This document shows positions 11,939 through 24,205 of a DNA stretch of 64,000 bases, piece after piece. The stretch's first letter is position 1, and every line of letters starts with the position of its first letter. The notes under the pieces are model-generated. The model was given only the letters and a program-made list of their open reading frames with translations, was not told the DNA's origin and made no database searches. A program made the translations under genes and the position numbers. Origin of the DNA: Psammoneis japonica (Eukaryota); NCBI GenBank assembly GCA_008632985.1, contig QPGO01000078.1, forward strand, positions 186,001 to 250,000, written 5' to 3'.

Positions 11939-12550
11939 TTATTTTCGCATACCCCAGTCAAAGTTCTTTGGAGCTGACATCCACTTTGGCTTCAGTTCTA
12001 ATATTTTTTCAAAGACGGGACAAGACTTTGCGTGAGCGCCGGGTAAATATCCCAGGCTCATTAAAAACTCTGTTGTGATTTCACCACCCGTAAATTTGAA
12101 TGTCTTTTTAAAGAGTGCTACCCAATCATCTTTCGAAAGAGGGTGATTGGCATCAAGCCATGCTTCAAAGGAACCGTGGCTCTTTTGGAGTTCCAAGATT
12201 CGATTTGCATTGAAGATTGCTGCATTGATTTTTAATTTGTTCCTAATGACTCCAGGATCTTGACGAAGGCGCTCGATATCTTCTTGCTCATAGGCTGCAA
12301 CGAGACTTATGTCAAAGTCATTGTACGCCTCACGAAACGATTCCTGCTTCTTCAAAATTGTCAACCAACTCAAACCAGCCTGGTTGATTTCCAGCACGAG
12401 TCGCTCAAACAAGGCATTGTCGTCTCCACGAATAGGGAAGCCGTAGTGCTTGTCATGGTATGGACCGTGCCATTCATGTCCGTCTGCAGCTTCGCAATAA
12501 GAATTGGGTGGAAGTTTTGGTTTGCTTTCTTTCGTCTTGGCGGCGGACAT
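11939..12550 (-). CDS. tag: DNA-3-methyladenine glycosylase I
   Basis: Motifs YHDKHYGFP, LFERLVLEINQAGLSWLTILKK, IRNKLKINAAI and C-terminal H..CP. An upstream in-frame ATG exists at 12634. Confidence 0.93.
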   Translation of the reverse strand: MSAAKTKESKPKLPPNSYCEAADGHEWHGPYHDKHYGFPIRGDDNALFERLVLEINQAGLSWLTILKKQESFREAYNDFDISLVAAYEQEDIERLRQDPGVIRNKLKINAAIFNANRILELQKSHGSFEAWLDANHPLSKDDWVALFKKTFKFTGGEITTEFLMSLGYLPGAHAKSCPVFEKILELKPKWMSAPKNFDWGMRK

Positions 12551-13118
12551 AATGACGGTTGCAAAATCAACGTATGAACCTGCTGATGTGATTGCTCGGG
12601 AAAGAGATGAAAATGCCAATGGATAAGCTCTCATGAGATGCTTACGATGCGGCTTCGTAGTTCTGGTACATCAATCGCATCCTCAATGTCATAGCGGATT
12701 CAGGATGTTGTTCCAACAAGTTCCCTGTCGCCCGTCGTCGGTCGTCGGTCGTCGCTCTTGGATTTTTGATCTTTGTGCCTCTACCGTACTACTCCCCGAT
12801 CCAGATCTTCCGCGCGCGCGAAAGTAGCGTGCAGTGCGTCGCCTACCTGTCAGGATTTTGCGGGGGGGGGGCGCTGTTTTTACTTAAGGCCCCCCCACGA
12901 AATTCAACCTCATTTAAGCACCTGTGACATCCCCCCCCCTCATACAAAAAATCCGTAGAAGTGACAGTCGTCGTCGCGCGCCATCTTTTTGGCCTTTTTC
13001 TGGAACGCCTTTCATAACAACGACCCTCATCGTTGTTGCAAGTGCGCACTTCATACTTCATCGATGCCTTTCCTTTTCAACAAGGGTTTGTCAAGAGCCC
13101 CTTTGTATTCTCATTGCC

Positions 13119-16100
13119 ATGCCTGCACTTGAAACAATGGGGCCGAAAAGCCAGTCAAGTCCTTCGCGTCTGAAGAAGTTGAAGCAAAATGCATCGAGGC
13201 CGACGCCCCACCCCTTGAACAAGAGCACGAAAGAGGGTGAAGCGGAGCGACGTAGAAAGCAAAAGGAAATTGACGAAGCTAATGAATTCAAATGGAGGTG
13301 CGATCAACACAAGAAAAGCAAGAAGATTCGTGAAAAAGTCACAACTCGGGTTGACTTCGGAACGAAAACGTGCAAACGGTGTGTCACAGGGCCGGGTCAC
13401 AAGAAGGGTCACGACGACATGTGCCACAAGAATCCAAATACTTCAAATTACAAGCCACCAGAGAAAATTGTCATTCAAGTTCTGAAAGAGGTGGAGCCAG
13501 ATTTCCTCATGGCACTGCCACAAGATTGCAGAAACAATCTCATCGCGAGGAGCCTTTTGGAAAGATCTTTTTTCTCTTCGCCGGAGGGAAGTGCAGAAAG
13601 TGTACAAGAAGCATTTTTCGATGTGTCTGAGTCCTTGGTAGATTCTAATCCACCCAGTGACAACAACAATTCAGTTGGGGATGCTCTCAGCAGCGTTGAA
13701 TCCAAGGATGTGTTGAAGCCGTTGCTGTGCAAGAAAATGACTGCGTCGCATCTAAAAAAAGCGACACCCGCCGTGATGTCGACGTGGAGCACAAGTGAGA
13801 AAGAGCAACTCGCTCAAGACAACACAAAAGTGCCGCTTCCAATTTTGGCATTGCTGGAATTCATTCACATGCAACGCCCAAGAGTTTGCACCGATTCCAA
13901 TGGCGCCAAGAAGCTTGGTGGAGGTGAACAACGTATTTCTTGGTGCCGCGACCACTTTCCGCGTGGAAATGTTGCGTTCACGGTGCCGTTGGCGGGTGGG
14001 AAAGAAAATGAAGTTCCCGACCCAATGTGTGAGTCCATTCAAGGCTCAACAACATGTTTGACTCGGTGGGAACTGAACATGCCAGACTTGCCATTGAAGT
14101 GTTTTTCATGTGGCGACGGATTTCTGGAGCACACGAGGGTAGAGTGCGGCAGCACCAGGTTTGCAAGCAGTGCGACGCCCGTTTTCAGAATGAAAGGTCA
14201 CACGGGTTGGGAGCATGGCATCACATGCAAGTGCTCTAATTGTGGAGAGCTTGTCAAGTCGTGTGATGGTAGACTGCCACGTTGTTCTCTACAAGACTGT
14301 GCACGTCGAAGCTTCCCAGTAGATCCCTTGCATTGCTCGAAGCCATCCTTCTTCTTGCTTCACGAAGAGGTGTCCTTTCTGCTGGAGGAGGCTGCTCTAA
14401 CAGAATCAAGTGCACAGTGGGTGTCACGAACGCTCTTCCGAAGTCAAAACCATCGGCACGAAGAACTGGAACTGTCACATTGCAGCTCTGACAAGAGTTG
14501 TGAGGACAAACCTTTTCCAGACTTTCCATCAATTGAAGAGTGGCGAGGACAGTGTCCGCCATCAAGTGCTCAGTTGCCAGATCTTTGCGAAGCAGCCAAC
14601 TCCTCCGATCTCACAGCGTGTGGCGTGAGCGACGACGACCGTCACAAGAGAGAAATGCAGTCATGCGGCTGCGAAACTTCTACAGCCTTCGATCACACCC
14701 ACGCAATGTTGAGCAACTGCCCATCATCACTGGGCGCTCAAGCTTGTGCCACTCAGTCAACTGATGCGGGATTCATTGCCTGGCTTGGACTTGTCGACTC
14801 TACCGCAATGTCAGACAGTGCCCACGGCATCGAGCAAACTGCAAGATGGCCAAACTTTAACCCGAAGCATGTGCACACGGATGCATGGCCCAATCTTGAT
14901 CCATTCTTCAAGACAACACACGGATTTGCAACAATCGGTCGACTTGGCTCATTCCATGCAATTCAGCGCGTCACCAAGTTCATGCGGAAAGATCACAAGG
15001 ATTTCAACAAAGCTCTCCGCTCTTTCTTGAGCTGCCTGTACAGTCTGAACCAAGAGGATGAAGCAGCCGCAGTGGCAACACTACGAGACGGGACAATGAA
15101 TGGCCGCATCCACCAGCCTGATGAGATCTCGGATTTGCAGCACAGCAAGAAGTGGATGGACCGCTGTGGGCAGCACATCCGAAAGATTCCTGTTCCAGGA
15201 GAGCTCGCGAGGATTAAGTTGAGGGACTGGTGGTGCCCATGCAAAGTGAGCAACAGTGATGGTGAGCCAGCAGGACAAGGAGAGCTGGACAATGGGAAAA
15301 CCCTGTTCATGGAAGGAGCAAGACAAGCAGTGAGAGCGTTGACGGAAAAAGCTCAGCATCTGCCAGAGATTGTTGGCGACTGCCACAAGAAACTCACCGC
15401 ATCTGCCCGATCGAAACACAAACTACCGCGATGCATTTCTGAAAAGGGTGAGTCTTCATTGGAGAAGTTTCACCATCTGTCAGCTCATTTTGGAAACATG
15501 GGCATGCGGCGAACGCTCGCCGACAGTTTGAACCTCCGTGGCATGTGTCGACACAATCTCAAGCTGTGGCACAAACTATTCGGAAGAAATGCACCCGAGA
15601 TCCCAAGCCATTTTCAAACTGAACCCATTCATTACAACCATCTCAAGTTGCTAGAGATCAACCGGAGGTCCGCCAAGCATGGATCCAAAGCACCGCGGCA
15701 TGAGAATCTACGAGATTGCCCAGAGTGCAGGGGCGAAGAGTTTTTGTCCGAGTGCCTTTTGTCGCAAAGAAAGAGACGAGCACAATGTCCACCCCATCCA
15801 ACCAACAGTCGCTGCCAATGCCCCAAATGTGCTGCAAATCCGATGCCTCTTCCTCACATCCAACGAGCCATTTCACGTGAGCAGTCGGCGGCATCTGCAG
15901 TGGCGCCAAATGAAACGGCACCTGTGAACAATGACACTGGTGACTTTGACACTGCTGAGTTTGGTGTCGACTTTGATGAGCAAGAGCATCATTCTGTGTT
16001 TGAAGACACTCCTCCTCAAGAGCAACTTCCCCAAGAAACACGAATGATCCGCGACTTTGCCGCACAGGACGCCTTCCAAAGGCATCAAGAATTGAATTCC

Positions 16101-16439
16101 GCGCCGCCTGCCCCAATCCTCCCCATGCCGGCACCAGCTCTGCCATTGCTGCCTCTGCTGCCTGTTCCTGTAACAAATTCACCAATGTCATTGCAGCAAC
16201 CTTTGGGCCCACCTGCTGTTGCGTCGTCGATGCCACATTCAACCTGCTGCCAACCCGTTTCTCTTGGGACAGCGAGTTTTGCAGCATCTGCTCCTGTGCT
16301 GCCATCCGCTGTCACTCCAGCTACAAAGAGACGAAAGGTCAAAGAAGAAGAATGCTGCTGTGAGGGAAGAAAAAATCATGTCGAAAATGGTCGTCGGGGG
16401 CGGGTCGCTCACACCTTGTGGTGCAACCGAGGAAAGTAA
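13119..16439 (+). pseudogene. Transposase copy 1, open but hypermutated
   Basis: FDHT, VHTDAWP, RLGxFHAIQR and KGESSLEKFH motifs plus CxxC pairs; only 3 Tyr in the 1171-aa ORF (manual count). Confidence 0.75.
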
Positions 16440-17713
16440 GGCGTTCTTGGTGTCTTTTTGTTTTGTTCTTTTTTCCATTTGTGTTGGCACACATCACATT
16501 GCCACTTCCCAGTGCAGATGCATTAATTCAGGATTAGGATCCAACACAGTGGCAACAAACATTTTACACTTGTGTGGTTGCACCGGTCCACCACACCAAC
16601 CATCACCATGCCGCACCGACCAACATTGACGGCATGGACAGCACGGACACCGAGGTCCCATAAAGCCGGTAGCCTGTCGCAGCCCCACAGCAGAAACAAA
16701 GGAGTGGAAACAACAAAATTGAGAACACGACAACAAAGAAACAGACCCATGACACTCGACACATTTCTGTCACCTTACATCAATGCTTTTGGAGTGCCCT
16801 CGTGGTGCTTGTGGTTGATTGCATCAAGCAACACTGTCGGCCGAAAACAAAACAAAACACTGTCCAATTGAAAGGAATGGAAACAACAGAAATGTAGAAG
16901 GTGCCATCAAAGAAACAACCCCATCACACTCGACACATTCACATCACCTTGTCTTAATGATTTCGGTGCGTCCTCACAGTCCTTGTGGTTCATTGTTAGC
17001 AGCAATCTTGTCGGCGGCAGAAAACAAAACTCAAAACACACGCTCCATTTAAACACAATGGAGACAAAAGAAATTTAGGAGACACCAACAAAAAAATACA
17101 ACCATCATGCTCAACACAGTCTTTGTGCCTTGTGTCAATGCTGTTGACCCTCGCATCGTCACAGTGATGGTCGATTCATGAACGGAGCTAGTCGCCATTG
17201 TGCTGCGACGGTTCGAGGGTGGTGCGGCAAGTGCGCGTGAGGATTTTTCCCACTGCATGCAGTGTCTTTTCTGTCTGTCCATTAGCGAGTGGTCTTGAAC
17301 GTTGCTGAGTCATAAATGGCTTGAAGACAAAATCATTCTTAAATGTTGCATCGTCATAATTGGGGATTGCTGAGTCACAATTCACTGAAGGCATGATGTG
17401 ATTGGCTGAAAATGCAGCGCACAAGAATGGGACAATGGTGCGCGATTTTGCGGGGGGGGGGGGGGCACTGTTTTTACTCAAGGCCCCCCCATGAAATTCA
17501 ACCTCATTTAAGCACCTGTGACATCCCCCCCCCTCATACAAAAAATCCGTAGAAGTGACAGTCGTCGTCGCGCGCCCATCTTTTTGGCCTTTTTCTGGAA
17601 CGCTTTTCACAACAACGACCCTCATCGTTGTTGCAAGTGCGCACTTCACACTTCATCGACACCTTTCCTTTTCAACAAGGGTTTGTCAAGAGCCCCTTTG
17701 CATTCTCATTGCC

Positions 17714-20700
17714 ATGCCTGCACTTGAAACAATGGGGCCAAAAAGCCAGTCAAGTCCTTCGCGTCTGAAGAAGTTGAAGCAAAATGCATCGAGGCCGACG
17801 CCCCACCCCTTGAACAAGTGCACGAAAGAGGGTGAAGCGGAGCGACGTAGAAAGCAAAAGGAAATTGACGAAGCTGACAAATTCAAATGGAGGTGCGATC
17901 AACACAAGAAAAGCAAGAAGATTCGTGAAAAAGTCACAACTCGGGTTGACTTCGGAACGAAAACGTGCAAACGGTGTGTCACAGGGCCGGGTTGCAAGAA
18001 GGGTCACGACGACACGTGCCACAAGAATCCAAACACTTCAAATTACAAGCCACCAGAGAAAATTGTCATTCAAGTTCTGAAAGAGGTAGAGCCAGATTTC
18101 CTCATGGCACTGCCACAAGATTGCAGAAACAATCTCATCACGAGGAGCCTTTTGGAAAGATCTTTTTTCTCTTCGCCGGAGGGAAGTGCAGAAAGTGTGC
18201 AAGAAGCATTTTTCGATGCATCTGAGTCCTCAGTAGATTCTAATCCACCCAGTGACAACAACAATTCAGTTGGGGATGCTCTCAGCAGCGTTGAATCCAA
18301 GGATGCATTGAAGCCGTTGCTGCACAAGAAAATGACTGCGTCGCATCTAAAAAAAGCGACACCCGCCGTGATGTCGACGTGGAGCACAAGCAAGAAAGAG
18401 CAACTCGCTCAAGACAACATAAAAGTGCCGCTTCCAATTTTGGCATTGCTGGAATTCATTCACATGCAATGCCCAAGAGTTTGCACCGATTCCAATGGCG
18501 CCAAGAAGCTTGGTGGAGGTGAACAACGTATTTCTTGGTGCCGCGACCACTTTCCGCGTGGAAATGTTGCGTTCACGGCACCGTTGGCAGGTGGGAAAGA
18601 AAATGAAGTTCCCGACCCAATGTGTGAGTCCATTCAAGGCTCAACAACATATTTGACTCGGTGGGAACTGAACATGCCAGACTTGCCATTGAAGTGTTTT
18701 TCATGCAGCGACGGATTTCTGGAGCACACGAGGGTGGAGTGCGGCGGCACCAGGTTTGCAAGCAGTGCGACGCCCGTTTTCAGAATGAAAGGTCACACGG
18801 GTTGGGAGCATGGCATCACATGCAAGTGCTCTAATTGTGGAGAGCTTGTCAAGTCGTGTGATGGTAGACTGCTGCGTCATTCTCTACAAGACTGCGCATG
18901 TCGAAGCTTCCCAGTAGATCCCTTGTATTGCTCGAAGCCATCCTTCTTCTTGCTTCACGAAGAGGTGTCCTTTCTGCTGGAGGAGGCTGCTCTGACAGAA
19001 TCAAGTGCACAGTGGGTGTCACGAACGCTCTTCCGAAGTCAAAACCATCGGCACGAAGAACTGGAACTGTCACATTGCAGCTCTGACAAGAGTTGCGAGG
19101 ACAAACCTTTTCCAGACTTTCCATCAATTGAAGAGTGGCGAGGACAGTGTCCGCCATCAAGTGCTCAGTTGCCAGATCTTTGCGAAGCAGCCAACTCCTC
19201 CGATCTTACCACGTGTGGCGTGAGCGACGACGACCGTCACAAGAGAGAAATGCAGTCACACGGCTGCGAAACTTCTACAGCCTTCGATCACACCCACGCA
19301 ATGTTGAGCAACTACCCATCATCACTGGGCGCTCAAGCTTGTGCCACTCAGTCAACTGATGCGGGATTCATTACCTGGCTTGGACTTGTCGACTCCACCG
19401 CAATGTCAGACAGTGCCCACGGCATCGAGCAAACTGCAAGACGGCCAAACTTTAACCCGAAGCATGTGCACACGGATGCATGGCCCAATCTTGATCCATT
19501 CTTCAAGACAACACACGGATTTGCAACAATCGGTCGACTTGGCTTGTTCCATGCAATTCAGCGCGTCACCAAGTTCATGCGGAAAGATCACAAGGATTTC
19601 AACAAAGCTCTCCGCTCTTTCTTGAGCTGCCTGTACAGTCTGAACCAAGAGGATGAAGCAGCCGCAGTGGCAACACTACGAGACGGGACAATGAATGGCC
19701 GCATCCACCAGCCTGATGAGATCTCGGATTTGCAGCACAGCAAGAAGTGGATGGACCGCTGTGGGCAGCACATCCGAAAGATTCCTGTTCCAGGAGAGCT
19801 CGCGAGGATTAAGTTGAGGGACTGGTGGTGCCCATGCAAAGTGAGCAACAGTGATGGTGAGCCAGCAGGACAAGGAGAGCTGGACAATGGAAAAACCCTG
19901 TTCATGGAAGGAGCGAGACAAGCAGTGAGAGCGTTGACGGAAAAAGCTCAGCATCTGCCAGAGATTGTTGGTGACTGCTGCAAGAAACTCACCGCATCTG
20001 CCCGATCGAAACACAAACTACCGCGATGCATTTCTGAAAAGGGTGAGTCTTCATTGGAGAAGTTTCACCATCTGCTGGCTCATTTTGGAAACATGGGCAT
20101 GCGGCGAACGCTCGCCGACAGTTTGAACCTCCGCGGCACGTGTCGACACAATCTCAAGCTGTGGCACAAACTGTTCGGAAGAAATGCACCCGAGATCCCA
20201 AGCCATTTTCAAACTGAACCCATTCATTACAACCATCTCAAGTTGCTAGAGATCAACCGGAGGTCCGCCAAGCATGGATCCAAAGCACCGCGGCATGAGA
20301 ATCTACGAGATTGCCTGGAGTGCAGGGGCGAAGAGTTTTTGTTCGAGTGCCTTTTGTCGCAAAGAAAGAGACGAGCACAATGTCCACCCCATCCAACCAA
20401 CAGTCGCTGCCAATGCCCCAAATGTGCTGCAAATCCGATGCCTCTTCCTCACATCCAACGAGCCATTTCACGTGAGCAGTCGGCGGCATCTGCAGTGGCG
20501 CCAAATGAAACGGCACCTGTGAACAATGACACTGGTGACTTTGACGCTGCGTCATTCTCTGCAAGACTGCGCACGTCGAAGCTTCCCAGTGGATCCCTTG
20601 CATTGCTCGAAGCCATCCTTCTTCTTGCTTCACGAAGAGGTGTCCTTTCTGCTGGAGGAGGCCACTCTAACAGAATCAAGTGCACAGTGGGTGTCACGAA

Positions 20701-22796
20701 TGCTCTTCCGAAGTCAAAACCATCGGCACGAAGAACTGGAACTGTCATGTTACAGCTCTGACAAGAGTTGCGAGGACAAACCTTTTCCAGACTTTCCATC
20801 AATTGAAGAGTGGCGAGGACAGTGTCCGCCATCAAGTGCTCAGTTGCCAGATCTTTGCGAAGCAGCCAACTCCTCCGATCTTGCCGCGTGTGGTGTGAGC
20901 AATGACGACCGTCACAAGAGAGAAATGCAGTCATGTGGCTGCGAAACTTCTACAGCCTTCGATCGTGCCCACGCAATGTTGAGCAACTGCCCATCATCAC
21001 TGGGCGCTCAAGCTTGTGCCACTCAGTCAACTGATGCGGGATTCATTGCCTGGCTTGGACTTGTCGACTCTACCGCAATGTCAGACAGTGCCCACGGCAT
21101 CGAGCAAACTGCAAGACGGCCAAACTTTAACCCGAAGCATGTGCACACGGATGCATGGCCCAATCTTGATGCATTCTTCAAGACAACACACGGATTTGCA
21201 ATGATCGGTCAACTTGGCTCATTCCATGCAATTCAGCGCGTCACCAAGTTCATGCGGAAAGATCACAAGGATTTCAACAAAGCTCTCCGCTCTTTCTTGA
21301 GCTGCCTGTACAGTCTGAACCAAGAGGATGAAGCAGCCGCAGTGGCAACACTGCGAGACGGGACAATGAATGGCCGCATCCACCAGCCTGATGAGATCTC
21401 GGATTTGCAGCACAGCAAGAAGTGGATGGACCGCTGTGGGCAGTGCATCCGAAAGATTCCTGTTCCAGGAGAGCTCGCGAGGATTAAGTTGAGGGACTGG
21501 TGGTGCCCATGCAAAGTGAGCAACAGTGATGGTGAGCCAGCAGGACAAGGAGAGCTGGACAATGGAAAAACCCTGTTCATGGAAGGAGCGAGACAAGCAG
21601 TGAGAGCGTTGACGGAAAAAGCTCAGTGTCTGCCAGAGATTGTTGGCGACTGCTGCAAGAAACTCGCCGCATCTGCCCGATCGAAACACAAACTGCCGCG
21701 ACACATTTCTGAAAAGGGCGAGTCTTCATTGGAGAAGTTTCGCCATCTGCCAGCTCTTTTTGGAAACATGGGCATGCGGCGAACGCTCGCCGACAGTTTG
21801 AACCTCCGCGGCACGTGTCGTCACAATCTCAAGCTGTGGCACAAACCATTCGGAAGAAATGCACCCGAGATCCCAAGCCATTTTCAAACTGAACCCATTC
21901 ATTGCAACCATCTCAAGTTGCCAGAGATCAACCGGAGGTCCGCCAAGCATGGATCCAAAGCACCGCGGCATGAGAATCTACGAGATTGCCCGGAGTGCAG
22001 GGGCGAAGAGTTTTTGTCCGAGTGCCTTTTGTCACAAAGAAAGAGACGAGCACAACATCCACCCCATCCAACCAACAGTTGCTGCCAATGCCCCAAATGT
22101 GCTGCAAATCCGATGCCTCTTCCTCACATCCAACGAGCCATTTCACGTGAGCAGTCGGCGGCATCTGCAGTGGCGCCAAATGAAACGGCACCTGTGAACA
22201 ATGACACTGGTGACTTTGACGCTGCTGAGTTTGGTGTCGACTTTGATGAGCAAGAGTGTCATTCTGTGTTTGAAGACACTCCTCCTCAAGAGCAACTTCC
22301 CCAAGAAACACGAATGATCCGCGACTTCGCCGTGCAGGACGCCTTCCAAAGGCATCAAGAATTGAACTCCGCACCGCCTGCCCCAATCCTCCCCATGCCG
22401 GCACCAGCTCCACCATTGCTGCCTCTGCTGCCTGTTCCTGCAACAAATTTGCCAATGTCATTGCAGCAACCTTTGGGCCCACCTGCTGTTGCATCGTCGA
22501 TGCCATGTTCAACCTGCTGCCAACCCGTTTCTCTTGGGACAGCGAGTTTTGCAGCATCTGCTCCTGTGCTGCCATCCGCTGTCACTCCAGCTGCAAAGAG
22601 ACGAAAGGTCAAAGAAGAAGAATGCTGCTGTGAGGGAAGAAAAAATCATGTCGAAAATGGTCGTCGGGGGCGGGTCGCTCATGCCTTGTGGTGCAACCGA
22701 GGAAAGCAAGGCGTTCTTGGTGTCTTTTTGTTTTGTTCTTTTTTCCATTTGTGTTGGCACACATCACATTGCTGCTTCCCAGCGCAGATGCATTAA
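17714..22796 (+). pseudogene. Transposase copy 2, frameshifted by internal duplication, stop codon lost
   Basis: ORFs 17555..20761 and 20526..22796. The TAA of copy 1 (16437) is CAA at 22707, giving read-through. Confidence 0.75.
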
Positions 22797-24205
22797 TTCA
22801 GGATTAGGATCCAACACAGTGGCAACAAACATTTTGCACTTGTATGATTACACCGGTCCACCACACCAACCATTGCCGTGCCGCACCGACCAACATTAAC
22901 GGCACGGACAGCACGGACACCGAGGTCCCACAAAGCCGGCAGCCTGTCGCAGCCCCACAGCAGAAACAAAGGAATAGAAACAACAAAATTGAGAACACGA
23001 CAACAAAGAAACAGACCCATGACACTCGACACATTTCTATTGCCTTATATCAATGCTTTTGGAGTGCCCTCGTGGTGCTTGTGGTTGATTGCATTAAGCA
23101 ACACTGTCGGCCGAAAACAAAACAAAACACTGTCCAATTAAAAGGAATGGAAACAACAGAAATGTAGAAGGTGCCATCAAAGAAACAACCCCATCATACT
23201 CGATATATTCATATTACCTTGTCTTAATGATTTCGGTGCGTCCTCACAGTCCTTATGGTTCATTGTTAGCAGCAATCTTGTCGGCGGCAGAAAACAAAAC
23301 TCAAAACACACGCTCCATTTAAACACAATGGAAACAAAAGAAATTTAGGAGACACCAACAAAAAAATACAACCATCATACTCAACACAGTCTTTATACCT
23401 TATATCAATGCTGTTAACCCTCGTATCGTCACAGTGATGGTCGATTCATGAACGGAGCTAGTCGCCATTGTGCTGCGACGGTTCGAGGGTGGTACGGTAA
23501 GTGCGCGTGAGGATTTTTCCTACTGCATGCAGTGTCTTTTCTGTCTGTCCGTTAGCGAGTGGTCTTAAACGTTGCTGAGTCATAAATGGCTTGAAGACAA
23601 AATCATTCTTAAATGTTGCATCGTCATAATTGGGGATTGCTGAGTCATAATTCACTGAAGGCATGATGTGATTGGCTGAAAATACAGCGTACAAGAATGG
23701 GACAACGGTACGCTTCCAAGTTCTCCCTGCGAGCCTGTAGGGTCAAATTATGACCTAAGAGTTCTCGATATGCCAATCGACGTTAATTAATTACTTTTTA
23801 TAGCACTGCACAATTAGGTAGATCTTTAGGAACAATGTCTCATGCTTATGACTTATAGGCCATTAATAAATATGCAATGTTATGTTGTGGAGATCTCACA
23901 ACTAACAACACATTATAAATGTTAATTTTTATTTAAAGGTAAATTGAAAACCCCCATAAACATCGAAACTAACGAAGCTGCCATTCTTCGATTTCGGACA
24001 TTTTTCAATTCATCAAAAATGCGAACCCCTGCAAAAAGACAAATGCAAAACACGAAATACTGTGTACTGTGTACCGTACTAAAATTGGCAAACGATAAGA
24101 TCGATCATCAAGATAAGAGTGACACCAAGCCGAAGGACAAAAAATAGATTCAGGAATACCTATTCATCACGCACTCTCCACACCGCACGACCGTGGAACA
24201 AAGGA

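Larger units (their letters stand above)
12842..23741 (+). mobile_element. Head-to-tail tandem of a 4.6-kb DDE DNA transposon (DUF6729-associated / Mutator-like DxxH group); second unit has an internal 1675-bp duplication
   Basis: Unit 1 is 12854-17443 and unit 2 starts at 17444. Outer ends show only a weak CCTAC...GTAGG inversion. Encodes a transposase-like ORF. Confidence 0.8.

Noticed and set aside
13119..16439. Alternative genetic code or RNA editing restoring Tyr
   Set aside because: Neighbouring host genes use TAT/TAC and TAA/TAG normally, and non-coding TA sites are equally affected.
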